Shown here in pieces: positions 33,461 to 42,915 of a stretch of DNA of 64,000 nucleotides. Positions within the stretch are counted from its first letter, which is position 1. Each line of letters begins with the position of its first letter. A model generated the notes under the pieces. It was not told where the DNA came from. It worked only from the letters and a program-made list of their open reading frames with translations, and searched no databases. Origin of the DNA: Oscillospiraceae bacterium (GTDB taxonomy: Bacteria > Bacillota > Clostridia > Oscillospirales > Acutalibacteraceae). The DNA lies in assembly GCA_902769255.1 (NCBI GenBank), contig CACXOM010000004.1, positions 5,100 to 69,099 of the forward strand, in the 5' to 3' direction. The position numbers were made by a program, and so were the translations under genes.

Positions 33461-35473
33461 ATGAGGGAATGGGTTTTTAAGCAGACTGATAAAGCGCTTG
33501 CCGCTGAATTGGCCAAAGAGTGCGAAATAACGGATTTTACTGCTTTTTTACTCGTTTCAAAAGGTCTTTGCGACCCGTTTGAAGTTGATGAATTCTTATC
33601 TGACGAATTAATTTTGCAAGACCCTTTTTCTTTTGCTGATATGCAAAAAGGCGTTGAAAGAATAAGTTTTGCAATTGAAAATAATCAAAAAATCGCCGTT
33701 TTCGGTGATTATGACTGCGACGGCGTAACCTCTACCGTTTTGTTTTACAGCGTTTTAAAACAAAGCGGTGCTGATGTAATTTGGCGTGTGCCTGCAAGAG
33801 AAGAGGGTTACGGAATTTCACCGAGCGCGGTAAAAGAGTTAAAAGAAAAAGGCGTTCGGGTGATTTTAACCGTTGACAACGGAATAACCGCTTTTGAGGC
33901 GATTGATTTTGCCAACAAAAACGGTATTGATGTTGTCGTTACCGACCACCATTTGCCGAACAAAGAGTTGCCAAACGCTTTTGCTATAATTGACCCGAAA
34001 AGAGCCGATTGCCCGACCGAGTTTAAAGATTATGCAGGTGTCGGCGTGGCTTTAATGTTTTGCTCGGCGCTTTTGGGCGAGCCTTTGGAAAACCTAATTT
34101 ATTCTTACGGCGATTTAGTCGCAATCGGAACAATTGCTGATGTTATGCCGATTTTGAGCGATAACAGGGGAATTGTTAAACACTCGCTTGACCTTATTAA
34201 AAATTCAAACCGCTTTGGCATAAAAGCGTTAATTGAAAAAGCTGGGCTTAAAAAAGAGGGGTTTGATACCTATTCTGTTTCTTTTGGCGTTGCGCCGAGA
34301 ATTAATGCGGCCGGCAGGGTTTTAAATCCCGATTTGGCGATAGAATTATTGCTTTGCGACAATGAAGCAAAGGCTAAAGAATTGGCGCAAAAACTTTGCG
34401 AGGCGAACACCACTCGCCAGCAACTTGAAAAAGATATTTTAAAACAGGCTTATGAAAAATTGGCGCAAAACAGCAGTATGGTGAATGCGCCCGTAATAAT
34501 AACAGGCGGTGAAAATTGGCACAGCGGAGTAGTCGGAATAGTTGCGGCAAAACTTTGCGAAACTTTTTCACGCCCTGCGATTGTTTTTTCGTTTGACGGC
34601 GATATGGCTTACGGCTCCGCAAGAAGCGTTGATAACGCCTCAATTTATGATATTATTGCAAATAACGACGAGTTTATTGAGTCGTTTGGCGGTCATTCTT
34701 CAGCGGCGGGTATTTCGATTAAATTAGAAAATTTAAAAAAAGCGATTGTAAATATTGAAAATTCCGCTAAAAAACTTTACCCCGAAATGCCTTTTAATAA
34801 AGTTGAAATCACCTGCAAATTAAACCCTAAAAAAGTTGATTTGAACATAGTTTCGGCGCAAAAAGCTTTAATGCCTTTCGGCGAGCAAAACGAACAGCCA
34901 ATTTATGCACTTTGCGATATGGTTATTAAAAATATTACTGAACTTTCGGGCGGTAAACACTTAAAAATTACCGCCTCAAGACAAGGCGAGCAAACGACTC
35001 TTAACATTATGAAGTTTTTTACTTCTAAAAACGAATTTGCTTATAAAATAGGCGACAAAGTAGATTTTGCGGTAACGCTTGAAAGCAATGTTTTTAACGA
35101 TATTGAAAGAGTCTCAATCGTTGCAAAAGATATTATGCCTTGCAATTTTGACACAAAAAACGTTTTAAAACAGTTGCGAGAATATCAAAATTTTAAATAT
35201 TTCGGCGATGAAATCAATTTAAAAATAACAAGGCAAAACATTGCTGATGTTTATTTGAATATAAGAAATTTAAAAAGAATTTGTGCAAACGAGGCGGAAC
35301 TTATGTTTTTATTAGGCGAAAGCAACTTTTTGCGTTTGCGAATTGTTTTAGATATTCTTTTTGAACTTGAGTTTATAAAATTTACTTATAACGGAAAATA
35401 TAACATTGAATATATTGAAAATGTAATGAAAAAAGATTTAGCCGAGTCTTCGGTTTACAGGTTATTCTGTTAG
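33461..35473 (+). CDS. recJ: single-stranded-DNA-specific exonuclease RecJ
   Basis: DHH-family motifs GDYDCDGVTS, DNGI and VTDHH, plus a DHHA1 region (GGHSSAAG). Confidence 0.9.
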   Translation: MREWVFKQTDKALAAELAKECEITDFTAFLLVSKGLCDPFEVDEFLSDELILQDPFSFADMQKGVERISFAIENNQKIAVFGDYDCDGVTSTVLFYSVLKQSGADVIWRVPAREEGYGISPSAVKELKEKGVRVILTVDNGITAFEAIDFANKNGIDVVVTDHHLPNKELPNAFAIIDPKRADCPTEFKDYAGVGVALMFCSALLGEPLENLIYSYGDLVAIGTIADVMPILSDNRGIVKHSLDLIKNSNRFGIKALIEKAGLKKEGFDTYSVSFGVAPRINAAGRVLNPDLAIELLLCDNEAKAKELAQKLCEANTTRQQLEKDILKQAYEKLAQNSSMVNAPVIITGGENWHSGVVGIVAAKLCETFSRPAIVFSFDGDMAYGSARSVDNASIYDIIANNDEFIESFGGHSSAAGISIKLENLKKAIVNIENSAKKLYPEMPFNKVEITCKLNPKKVDLNIVSAQKALMPFGEQNEQPIYALCDMVIKNITELSGGKHLKITASRQGEQTTLNIMKFFTSKNEFAYKIGDKVDFAVTLESNVFNDIERVSIVAKDIMPCNFDTKNVLKQLREYQNFKYFGDEINLKITRQNIADVYLNIRNLKRICANEAELMFLLGESNFLRLRIVLDILFELEFIKFTYNGKYNIEYIENVMKKDLAESSVYRLFC

Positions 35474-35489
35474 AAAGGGCGTGAAGTTT

Positions 35490-37667
35490 ATGTCTTATAA
35501 AGAGTTTTCTTTTGATGATATTTTAAAAGCGATTGAAAAACAGAATAAAGATTACGATATTGAACTTATTAAAAAAGCTTATTTGTTTGGCGAAGAAGCG
35601 CACGAAGGTCAATTCAGAAAATCGGGCGAAAAGTATTTTAACCACCCGACCGCAACTGCTATTATCGTAATAAATTTAGGTATGGATAATGAGTCGATTG
35701 TGGCAGCGCTGCTTCACGACGTTATCGAAGATACCGACATTACCGCTGAAATAGTTGAAAAAGAATTCGGCGCAGGCGTTAGGGCGCTTGTTGAAGCGCT
35801 TACTAAAATTGCAAAACTGCCCTATGTTTCGCAAGAGGAGGCGCAAGCCGAAAACATTAGAAAAATGGTGCTTGCAATGTCGGAAGACATTAGGGTTATT
35901 ATTATAAAACTTGCCGACCGCTTGCACAATATGCGTACAATTAACGGGCATAAATCGGAAGATAAAAAGCGTGATATTGCGAAAGAAACGCTCGACGTTT
36001 ATGCGCCGATTGCGCACAGACTCGGTATCCGTCCTGTAAAAGAGGAACTCGAAGATTTGGCAATTCGAGTGCTTGACCCTGTAGCTTATAAAGAAATTGA
36101 AGAGTCTTTGGCGCTTCATAAAGATAAGCGTGAAAACTATCTTAAATCAATTATTGAAAGAATAAAAGAGCGACTTGAGGGTGTTGTTCCCGATATTAAA
36201 ATTGACGGAAGAGTAAAATCAATTCACGGCATTTATAGAAAAATGTATATGCAGGGTAAATCTTTTGATGAAATTTATGATATTTACGCTGTAAGAATTA
36301 TTACCGATACAGTTGCAAACTGCTACAATATTTTGGGTTATATTCACGATTTGTTCCGCCCTATTCCGAACAGGTTTAAAGATTATATTTCAACGCCGAA
36401 ACCTAATATGTATCAGTCGCTTCATACCACCGTTTTACCACGTGAGGGTATTCCTTTTGAGGTGCAAATAAGAACTTATCAAATGCACGAAACGGCAGAA
36501 TACGGTATCGCAGCGCATTGGAAATATAAAAGCGGTGCAAAAAATGACCCGCATTTTGATGACAGACTTAATTGGGTACGCCATTTGCTTGAAAATCAGC
36601 AGGAAAGCGAAAATCCGCAAGAAATTGTTACCACAATTAAAAACGATTTGGCGCAAGACGATGTTTTTGCGGTAACCCCGAAAGGCGATATAATAAACCT
36701 GCCTGTAGGCTCGTGCGTTATTGACTTTGCATATGCCATTCACTCGGCAATAGGCAACAAAATGATAGGCGCAAAGGTTGACGGCAGAATTGTGCCTATT
36801 GATTATAAAATAAAAACCGGCGAAGTTGTTGATGTTCTTACGACTGCGCAACCTCACGGACCGAGCCGTGATTGGCTTAATATTGTAAAAACCAGCGAAG
36901 CAAAAAACAAAATTCGTACTTGGTTTAAAAAGGAAAAACGCCCTGAAAATATTGAAAGAGGTAAAGAAGAGCTTGACCGTGAGTTAAAGCGAAACAATAT
37001 TGTTTTAACCGATGAAGAATTAGAAGAAGTCTTGCAAAAAATTGCAACTCGTCAGGGCTATAAAAGTGTTGATGATGTTTATGCTGCAATTGGCTACGGT
37101 GGCTTGCTTATTTCTCGATTTATTTCAAGAATTAAAGATAATTATAAGAAAACAAAAACAAAACCGATTTTACCGGTTGACAATGTTGTATCTGTTAACA
37201 GAGAAAGCGATGACGAGGTTATAACGGTTGACGGCACAAACAACTGCCTTATCAGACTTTCAAGATGTTGCAACCCGTTGCCGGGCGACAGCATTATAGG
37301 TTTTGTAACTCGAGGTCACGGCATTTCGGTGCACAAAAGAGACTGTGTTAATGTGCCTCGAGATATGACAAAATGCGAAGAGCCGGAGCGTTGGGTGAAG
37401 GTAAAATGGACAGGAAAAAGTCAAGAAAGCTTTATTTCTACGCTTACAATTCATTCAATCAACCGTGCGCAAATGGTTGCCGATATCGCAATGGAAATTG
37501 CCAATATGCACGTGCTTATGCACAGCATTTCGGGTAGAGAAGATAAACAGGGCAACTGCACTACCGTTATTAATATCAGCATTGAAAGTTTAGACCATTT
37601 AAACAATATTATTAACAGGCTTAAAAAAGTGCCGGGCGTTTATCAAATAGAAAGAACGGGAATGTAA
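35490..37667 (+). CDS. relA: bifunctional (p)ppGpp synthetase/hydrolase (RelA/SpoT family)
   Basis: HD hydrolase motif LLHDVIEDT, synthetase region YQSLHTTV, and TGS and ACT-like C-terminal domains. About 725 aa. Confidence 0.92.
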   Translation: MSYKEFSFDDILKAIEKQNKDYDIELIKKAYLFGEEAHEGQFRKSGEKYFNHPTATAIIVINLGMDNESIVAALLHDVIEDTDITAEIVEKEFGAGVRALVEALTKIAKLPYVSQEEAQAENIRKMVLAMSEDIRVIIIKLADRLHNMRTINGHKSEDKKRDIAKETLDVYAPIAHRLGIRPVKEELEDLAIRVLDPVAYKEIEESLALHKDKRENYLKSIIERIKERLEGVVPDIKIDGRVKSIHGIYRKMYMQGKSFDEIYDIYAVRIITDTVANCYNILGYIHDLFRPIPNRFKDYISTPKPNMYQSLHTTVLPREGIPFEVQIRTYQMHETAEYGIAAHWKYKSGAKNDPHFDDRLNWVRHLLENQQESENPQEIVTTIKNDLAQDDVFAVTPKGDIINLPVGSCVIDFAYAIHSAIGNKMIGAKVDGRIVPIDYKIKTGEVVDVLTTAQPHGPSRDWLNIVKTSEAKNKIRTWFKKEKRPENIERGKEELDRELKRNNIVLTDEELEEVLQKIATRQGYKSVDDVYAAIGYGGLLISRFISRIKDNYKKTKTKPILPVDNVVSVNRESDDEVITVDGTNNCLIRLSRCCNPLPGDSIIGFVTRGHGISVHKRDCVNVPRDMTKCEEPERWVKVKWTGKSQESFISTLTIHSINRAQMVADIAMEIANMHVLMHSISGREDKQGNCTTVINISIESLDHLNNIINRLKKVPGVYQIERTGM

Positions 37668-37668
37668 A

Positions 37669-38295
37669 ATGGCGATTTTGAAATTTGAAATAGGTCCGCT
37701 TTCGACTAACTGTTATCTTTATGTTGATGAAAAAACCAATGAATCGGTAGTAATTGACCCTGCTTTTCCTACCGAAAAATTGATTGAAAGCATTAAAAAA
37801 ACAGATTTGAAATATATTCTGCTTACTCACGCTCACGCCGATCATATTATGGCGGTTGCAAAAATTAAAGAGATAACAAACGCAAAAATTGTCGCTCACA
37901 AAAATGAAGAAAAAAGGCTTTTGGGTGATGAGTCGAATTTGTATAATGCGCTTGGGTGTTACAATTTGCCTTATATTTCGCAAAATATCGATGTTTTCGT
38001 GTCAGATGGCGACGAAATAAAATTTGGCACCAAAACTTTGCGTGTTTTGCATACACCTGGGCATACTGACGGCTCGCTTTGCTTTGTCGGTGAAAAAATA
38101 ATTTTTGCCGGCGACACCGTTTTTGCAGGCTCTTACGGCAGAACCGATTTTCCGAGCGGAAGTTATTCAAACCTGCTTGACTCTTTTCACAAATTGTTCT
38201 GCCTTAGTGGCGACTATATTATTTATCCGGGTCATCAAGAGTCGACCACTCTTAAAGATGAGAAAAATTTTAATCCGCTTTCGAGGTATGTATGA
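37669..38295 (+). CDS. MBL-fold metallo-hydrolase (glyoxalase II-like)
   Basis: THAHADH metal motif, HTPGHTDGS, and a later D/H ligand. Confidence 0.8.
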   Translation: MAILKFEIGPLSTNCYLYVDEKTNESVVIDPAFPTEKLIESIKKTDLKYILLTHAHADHIMAVAKIKEITNAKIVAHKNEEKRLLGDESNLYNALGCYNLPYISQNIDVFVSDGDEIKFGTKTLRVLHTPGHTDGSLCFVGEKIIFAGDTVFAGSYGRTDFPSGSYSNLLDSFHKLFCLSGDYIIYPGHQESTTLKDEKNFNPLSRYV

Positions 38296-39713
38296 TAAAA
38301 CTTGAATTAATCGGCAACGATTACAAATATGAAATTGAAAATATAATACAGTTGTTTTTCCCCGAGCAAAAAGTGTCGTTTGTCAGCGGAGATTTTGCAA
38401 AAATTTCGGTTTTCAAATATCAGCTTTCGCTCTCTGTTTCGGTGCGAATTTTCGGAAAATTTCACTTTAAACAGGCTTCGGCTTATGTTGAGTCCGATTC
38501 GGAACGCCTGCTTTGCAAACTGCTTTTTGAAATTTTAAGCGAAGTTACGGGGCTTTTGCCGAAATGGGGAATTCAAACAGGGGTAAGACCGACAAAACTT
38601 TTAAGAAATTTAATTAATAAGCACGGCGAAAAATATGCCGAAGATTTTATGAAAAATAAAATGCTTATTTCTGATGAAAAGTTTAAACTTGCGGAAGATA
38701 TTGTCGCTTTGCAAAACGATTTGTTGAAAAAATATAAAGAAAATTCGTTTAGCCTTTACATTTCAATACCGTTTTGCGTTTCACGCTGTTCTTATTGCTC
38801 GTTTATTTCTCATGACATTTCAAAATCAAAAAATCTTATTCCTGATTATGTTGAAATGCTTTTAAAAGAAATTGAAGAAACCGCTGAAATTGCTAAAGAT
38901 TTAGGGCTTGAATTGCAAACCGTTTACATTGGCGGTGGCACACCTACTGTGCTGTCAGCAGAACAGTTGCAAACTATAATTTCAGCAGTACATAAGCATT
39001 TTGATACGGATAATTTGCTTGAATTTACCGTTGAAGCGGGCAGACCCGATACAATTACAAAAGAAAAACTTTTAACTTTAAAAGAGAACGGCGTTTCAAG
39101 AATTTCAATTAATCCGCAAACTTTAAATGACGAAGTTTTGAAAATAATCAAGCGAAATCACACCTCAAAGCAGTTTTTTGAGGCTTATGAACTCGCAAGA
39201 AGTTTAGGCTTTGATAATATTAATACCGACTTAATTGCAGGACTTCCCGGCGATGATTTTGAGAGTTTTTGTAGCACTCTTGAAAAAATTACCGACCTTT
39301 CGCCCGCTGATATTACTGTGCATTGCCTTTCGGTTAAGCGTTCTTCAACGCTTGTTTACAACGGGAACGAGCAGTACAACCCCGAAGGCAAAGTCGTTTC
39401 CGATATGTTGGGTTTTTCGCAGGAAATTTTGCGAGAGGGCGGTTATAACCCTTATTATATGTACCGCCAAAGCAAAATGTCGGGCAACAACGAAAATATT
39501 GGCTGGGCAAAAGAGGGCTTTGAAAGTTACTATAATATTTTTATTATGGAGGAAATTCAAACAATTCTGGCGCTCGGCGCAGGCGGTTCAACAAAATTGG
39601 TGAAAGACGGCAAAATCGAAAGAGTGTTTAACTATAAATACCCTTATGAATATATAAGAGGATTTAAAGAAATTGTAAACAGAAAGCAAAAAATTTATGA
39701 TTTTTTCAATTAA
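38292..39713 (+). CDS. radical SAM protein, HemZ/HemN-like (coproporphyrinogen dehydrogenase family)
   Basis: CVSRCSYCSF CxxxCxxC motif and YIGGGTPT. The long N-terminal extension is typical of HemZ-type proteins. Confidence 0.75.
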   Translation: MIKLELIGNDYKYEIENIIQLFFPEQKVSFVSGDFAKISVFKYQLSLSVSVRIFGKFHFKQASAYVESDSERLLCKLLFEILSEVTGLLPKWGIQTGVRPTKLLRNLINKHGEKYAEDFMKNKMLISDEKFKLAEDIVALQNDLLKKYKENSFSLYISIPFCVSRCSYCSFISHDISKSKNLIPDYVEMLLKEIEETAEIAKDLGLELQTVYIGGGTPTVLSAEQLQTIISAVHKHFDTDNLLEFTVEAGRPDTITKEKLLTLKENGVSRISINPQTLNDEVLKIIKRNHTSKQFFEAYELARSLGFDNINTDLIAGLPGDDFESFCSTLEKITDLSPADITVHCLSVKRSSTLVYNGNEQYNPEGKVVSDMLGFSQEILREGGYNPYYMYRQSKMSGNNENIGWAKEGFESYYNIFIMEEIQTILALGAGGSTKLVKDGKIERVFNYKYPYEYIRGFKEIVNRKQKIYDFFN

Positions 39714-39717
39714 ACGG

Positions 39718-39746
39718 TTGATTTTAAATGTAAACAATTATATAAT
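39718..39746 (+). promoter_or_regulatory. sigma-A type promoter (TTGATT-17-TATAAT)
   Basis: TTGATT at 39718-39723 and TATAAT at 39741-39746. Confidence 0.55.
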
Positions 39747-39783
39747 ATAATTACCAAATATATTTTGAAAGGAAGTATTCGAA

Positions 39784-40140
39784 ATGGGCTTATTTGAAGA
39801 AACAGCAGTTAAAGCGAAAGATGCGTTTGACGCAGTCGCTAAAAAGACTAATGAAGTTATCAGTATTCAAAAGTTAAAAATCAACGCTGCAAGAGTTGAA
39901 TCTCAAATATCAAAAGATTATGAGGCTTTAGGCAGAATGTTTTTTGATGAAAACGCTGATAACGAAGAATTAGGCGAGGCTTATAAAACCTTAATTGACG
40001 GTATTAAAGACTCGAAAGAAGAACTCGAAAGCATTAACTCGCAGATTGATGAACAGAAGAAAACAATAAAATGCCCGAATTGCGGTGCTAAAAATCCCGA
40101 TGTTTCAAAATACTGCAGCGAATGCGGCGAAAAACTTTAA
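39784..40140 (+). CDS. coiled-coil protein with C-terminal zinc ribbon
   Basis: C-terminal CPNCGAKN...CSECG. The N-terminal part is helical and charged. Confidence 0.6.
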   Translation: MGLFEETAVKAKDAFDAVAKKTNEVISIQKLKINAARVESQISKDYEALGRMFFDENADNEELGEAYKTLIDGIKDSKEELESINSQIDEQKKTIKCPNCGAKNPDVSKYCSECGEKL

Positions 40141-40156
40141 TTTAAAAAGTTTTAAA

Positions 40157-40188
40157 AGGCTGGTTCAAAAAAATCAGCCTTTTATTTT
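40157..40188 (+). terminator. intrinsic terminator
   Basis: aggctg...cagcct stem followed by tttatttt. Confidence 0.55.
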
Positions 40189-40211
40189 GTGAAAAATAGA
40201 AAGGAAAAACT

Positions 40212-40886
40212 ATGAAAATAGGACTTGTAATTGCCGATAATTTGGAATTTGACCCGATTGTCAGCGTTTCAAAAATGTATAACGGAACTTCTTTTACCCT
40301 TTGCGGTGACAGAGCGGTAAAATTTGAAACTTTCGGCGGAAATGTTATAGTTGCGGTGCTTTGCGGTGTCGGTAAAGTAAATGCGGCAGGCGCTACCGCT
40401 TCGCTTATTTGCAAAGAAAAGCCCGATTGTGTTATTAATTTCGGACTTTCAGGCGCAATCTCAGGCGTTTATAAAGATGAACTTGTTATAGGAACAAAAT
40501 TTATTGAGCACGATTTTGATTTAACTCCGCTCGGCTACAAACCGGGTGAAAAATCGCAAAGAGTATCGTTTTACGAGCCTGATAAAGATTTGTTTGATAA
40601 ATTTACAAAAAAATTCGCATCGCTTAACCCTTGCGTTTTTGTAACAGGCGATATGTTCGTTTCTTCAAACGAGAAAAAAGATTTTATTATTAAAAACTTC
40701 GGTGGCGGTTGTTGCGATATGGAATCTGCCGCAGTCGCTTCGGTTTGTTATAAATGCGAAGTACCTTTTGTTTCTTTTAGAAAACTGTCTGATGATGCCG
40801 ATGACAGCGCAAAAGATGTTTACAGAGAACAAAACAATTTAAAAGAAGATGTGCTTATTAAAATGGTGATTTCGCTTTTTGGTTAA
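40212..40886 (+). CDS. mtnN: 5'-methylthioadenosine/S-adenosylhomocysteine nucleosidase (PNP_UDP_1 family)
   Basis: GVGKVNAAGATASLI and CDMESAAVA motifs. Length 224 aa. Confidence 0.7.
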   Translation: MKIGLVIADNLEFDPIVSVSKMYNGTSFTLCGDRAVKFETFGGNVIVAVLCGVGKVNAAGATASLICKEKPDCVINFGLSGAISGVYKDELVIGTKFIEHDFDLTPLGYKPGEKSQRVSFYEPDKDLFDKFTKKFASLNPCVFVTGDMFVSSNEKKDFIIKNFGGGCCDMESAAVASVCYKCEVPFVSFRKLSDDADDSAKDVYREQNNLKEDVLIKMVISLFG

Positions 40887-40966
40887 CATAACTTAAAAGA
40901 ATTCGGTAAAAATATGATTATTCTTTGATTTTTTTTAATAAATTTGAATATTTTACTTGAAAATTG

Positions 40967-40995
40967 CGCCAATATAGTATAAAATGTTTATTGTA
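40967..40995 (+). promoter_or_regulatory. sigma-A type promoter (TTGAAA-17-TAAAAT)
   Basis: TTGAAA at 40967-40972 and TAAAAT at 40990-40995. Confidence 0.5.
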
Positions 40996-41015
40996 ATATC
41001 TTTTGGAGAACTTTG

Positions 41016-41816
41016 ATGATTAAAGATTTTGATTTTAAACAAAATTATAATATAGATGACCTTTTAAAAATAATGGAGATTCTTCGCAGCGAAGAAGGTT
41101 GCCCTTGGGACAGGGAGCAAACCCACGACTCTATTAGGAATAATTTTTTAGAAGAGGCTTACGAAGTAGCCGATGCTATTGACCGTAACAGCAAAGTTGA
41201 TTTAAAAGAAGAATTAGGCGATTGCCTTTTACAAGTGGCTTTCCACTCGCAAATTGCAAAGGAAAACGGCGATTTTGATATAAACGGCGTTGCTGACGGC
41301 GTTTGCAAAAAACTTATTTTAAGACACCCCCATGTTTTCGGCGAGGTTCAGGCTGATACAGCTGAAAAAGTGCTCGATAATTGGGACAAAATTAAAATGG
41401 TTGAAAAAGGGCAGGAAAGCTATACCGATACGCTAAAAAGCGTGCCGAAAGCGTTTCCGGCGTTGCTTAGGGCGGCTAAAGTGCAAAAACGTGCCGCAAA
41501 AGCAAATTTTGACTGGGAAGATGTTTATGAACCGCTTATGAAAGTGGGCGAGGAACTTTCCGAACTTGAAGAGGCGGTTGAAGACGGCTGTCCTTTAAGA
41601 ATTTCGGAAGAATTCGGCGATTTGCTTTTCGCCGCCGTTAATGTTTCGAGGTTTTTAAAAATTGATGCTGAACAAGCACTCGCAAGTGCTACTGACAAAT
41701 TTATTAACCGATTTGAAATGGTTGAGCAAAAGGCAAAGAAAAAAGGCATTGATATGAAAAACGCTTCGTTAGAAGAACTTGATTGCATTTGGGACGAAGT
41801 AAAATCAGAAGAATAG
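41016..41816 (+). CDS. mazG: nucleoside triphosphate pyrophosphohydrolase MazG
   Basis: Tandem MazG domains: CPWDREQTHDSIRNNFLEEAYEVADAI and EELGDLLFAAVN. Confidence 0.88.
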   Translation: MIKDFDFKQNYNIDDLLKIMEILRSEEGCPWDREQTHDSIRNNFLEEAYEVADAIDRNSKVDLKEELGDCLLQVAFHSQIAKENGDFDINGVADGVCKKLILRHPHVFGEVQADTAEKVLDNWDKIKMVEKGQESYTDTLKSVPKAFPALLRAAKVQKRAAKANFDWEDVYEPLMKVGEELSELEEAVEDGCPLRISEEFGDLLFAAVNVSRFLKIDAEQALASATDKFINRFEMVEQKAKKKGIDMKNASLEELDCIWDEVKSEE

Positions 41817-41868
41817 GTTTTTAGACTTATAGTCTTTAAATAAAAAAATTATCTTGGAGGAATTTAAA

Positions 41869-42141
41869 ATGAACAAGACAGAATTAGTTGCATCAGTTGC
41901 AGAAAAAGCTGGTATCTCAAAGAAAGACGCAGACGCTGCTGTTGCTGCATTCGTTGAAACAGTTGTTGACGCAATGAAAGCTAACGACAAAATCTCTTTG
42001 GTAGGTTTCGGTACTTTCTCAGTTAAAGAAAGAGCTGCAAGAACAGGTATCAACCCATTAACTAAAGAAAAAATCAACATTGCTGCTTCTAAAGTACCTT
42101 CTTTCAAAGCAGGTAAAGCATTTAAAGATGCTTTAAAATAA
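41869..42141 (+). CDS. hup: HU family DNA-binding protein
   Basis: [21 protein letters not shown]...[24 protein letters not shown]...P.FKAGKAFK. 90 aa. Strong GGAGG RBS. Confidence 0.95.
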   Translation: MNKTELVASVAEKAGISKKDADAAVAAFVETVVDAMKANDKISLVGFGTFSVKERAARTGINPLTKEKINIAASKVPSFKAGKAFKDALK

Positions 42142-42158
42142 TTTAGAAAATTATTTAT

Positions 42159-42194
42159 CGAAGCGACTGATTTTTTCGGTCGCTTCGTTTTTTC
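42159..42194 (+). terminator. intrinsic terminator after hup
   Basis: cgaagcgac...gtcgcttcg stem followed by ttttttc. Confidence 0.8.
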
Positions 42195-42220
42195 TTAAAA
42201 ACAAAAAAGGAGTATTTGCT

Positions 42221-42589
42221 ATGAAAGTGTTAAATATTGACGCCGAATATTATCTTTACCCTGTCGGTGTAGAAAATATTGATGATTTTGCTTCGCTTTT
42301 AAACAAAACAGACGATAAGTTTATTTTAATGAAAAAACTTTTGCAAAAACGCTGTGTTGAGCCTTATTTTATTTCGGAAGATATTGAAAATGTTTATGTT
42401 AATATTAGCAATATAAGCGAATTTTCTGACTTTGAAGCGGTTGTTATGGAAAATGAGGCTTATGAAAAAATGTTAGAAAATGTTAAGGCAAAACTTTGCA
42501 AAAAGTGCGAGTTTAACGACGATTGCGAAGACAGAAGAGAAGAGCTTTGTTTAAACGGAAAATGCGATAGTTTTTGTGAGGAAGATTAA
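42221..42589 (+). CDS. hypothetical acidic protein with C-terminal Cys cluster
   Basis: Coding-like ORF with RBS AAGGAG. C-terminal CKKCEFNDDCEDRREELCLNGKCDSFC. No family recognised. Confidence 0.5.
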   Translation: MKVLNIDAEYYLYPVGVENIDDFASLLNKTDDKFILMKKLLQKRCVEPYFISEDIENVYVNISNISEFSDFEAVVMENEAYEKMLENVKAKLCKKCEFNDDCEDRREELCLNGKCDSFCEED

Positions 42590-42832
42590 ATGAGATTAGA
42601 TAAATTTTTAAAAATTTCAAGAATAATTAAACGCCGTACTGTTGCTAACGATGCTTGCGATGCAGGCAGGGTTTTAATCAACGGCAAAGCGCAAAGAGCT
42701 TCTTACGATGTGAAAGTCGGCGATGTTATTGAAATTAATTTCGGCTCACGCCCTTTTAAAGCCGAAGTTGTTGATGTAAAAGAGGTTGTGAAAAAAGAAG
42801 AAGCCGGCAATTTATATAAAATAATTGAGTAA
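42590..42832 (+). CDS. RNA-binding S4 domain protein (YabO/Hsp15-like)
   Basis: MRLDKFLKISRIIKRRTVANDACDAGRVLINGK is an S4 fold motif. 80 aa. Sits in mazG-neighbourhood synteny as in Bacillus yabN-yabO. Confidence 0.8.
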   Translation: MRLDKFLKISRIIKRRTVANDACDAGRVLINGKAQRASYDVKVGDVIEINFGSRPFKAEVVDVKEVVKKEEAGNLYKIIE

Positions 42833-42849
42833 AAAATTAACAAAATTAA

Positions 42850-42882
42850 AGCCCGAAAAAGCATTGATTTTCAGGCTTTTTT
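42850..42882 (+). terminator. intrinsic terminator
   Basis: agcccgaaaa...ttttcaggct stem (one mismatch) followed by tttttt. Confidence 0.6.
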
Positions 42883-42915
42883 ATGTTATACTGAAATTTA
42901 AAAGAAGGTGCAAAT

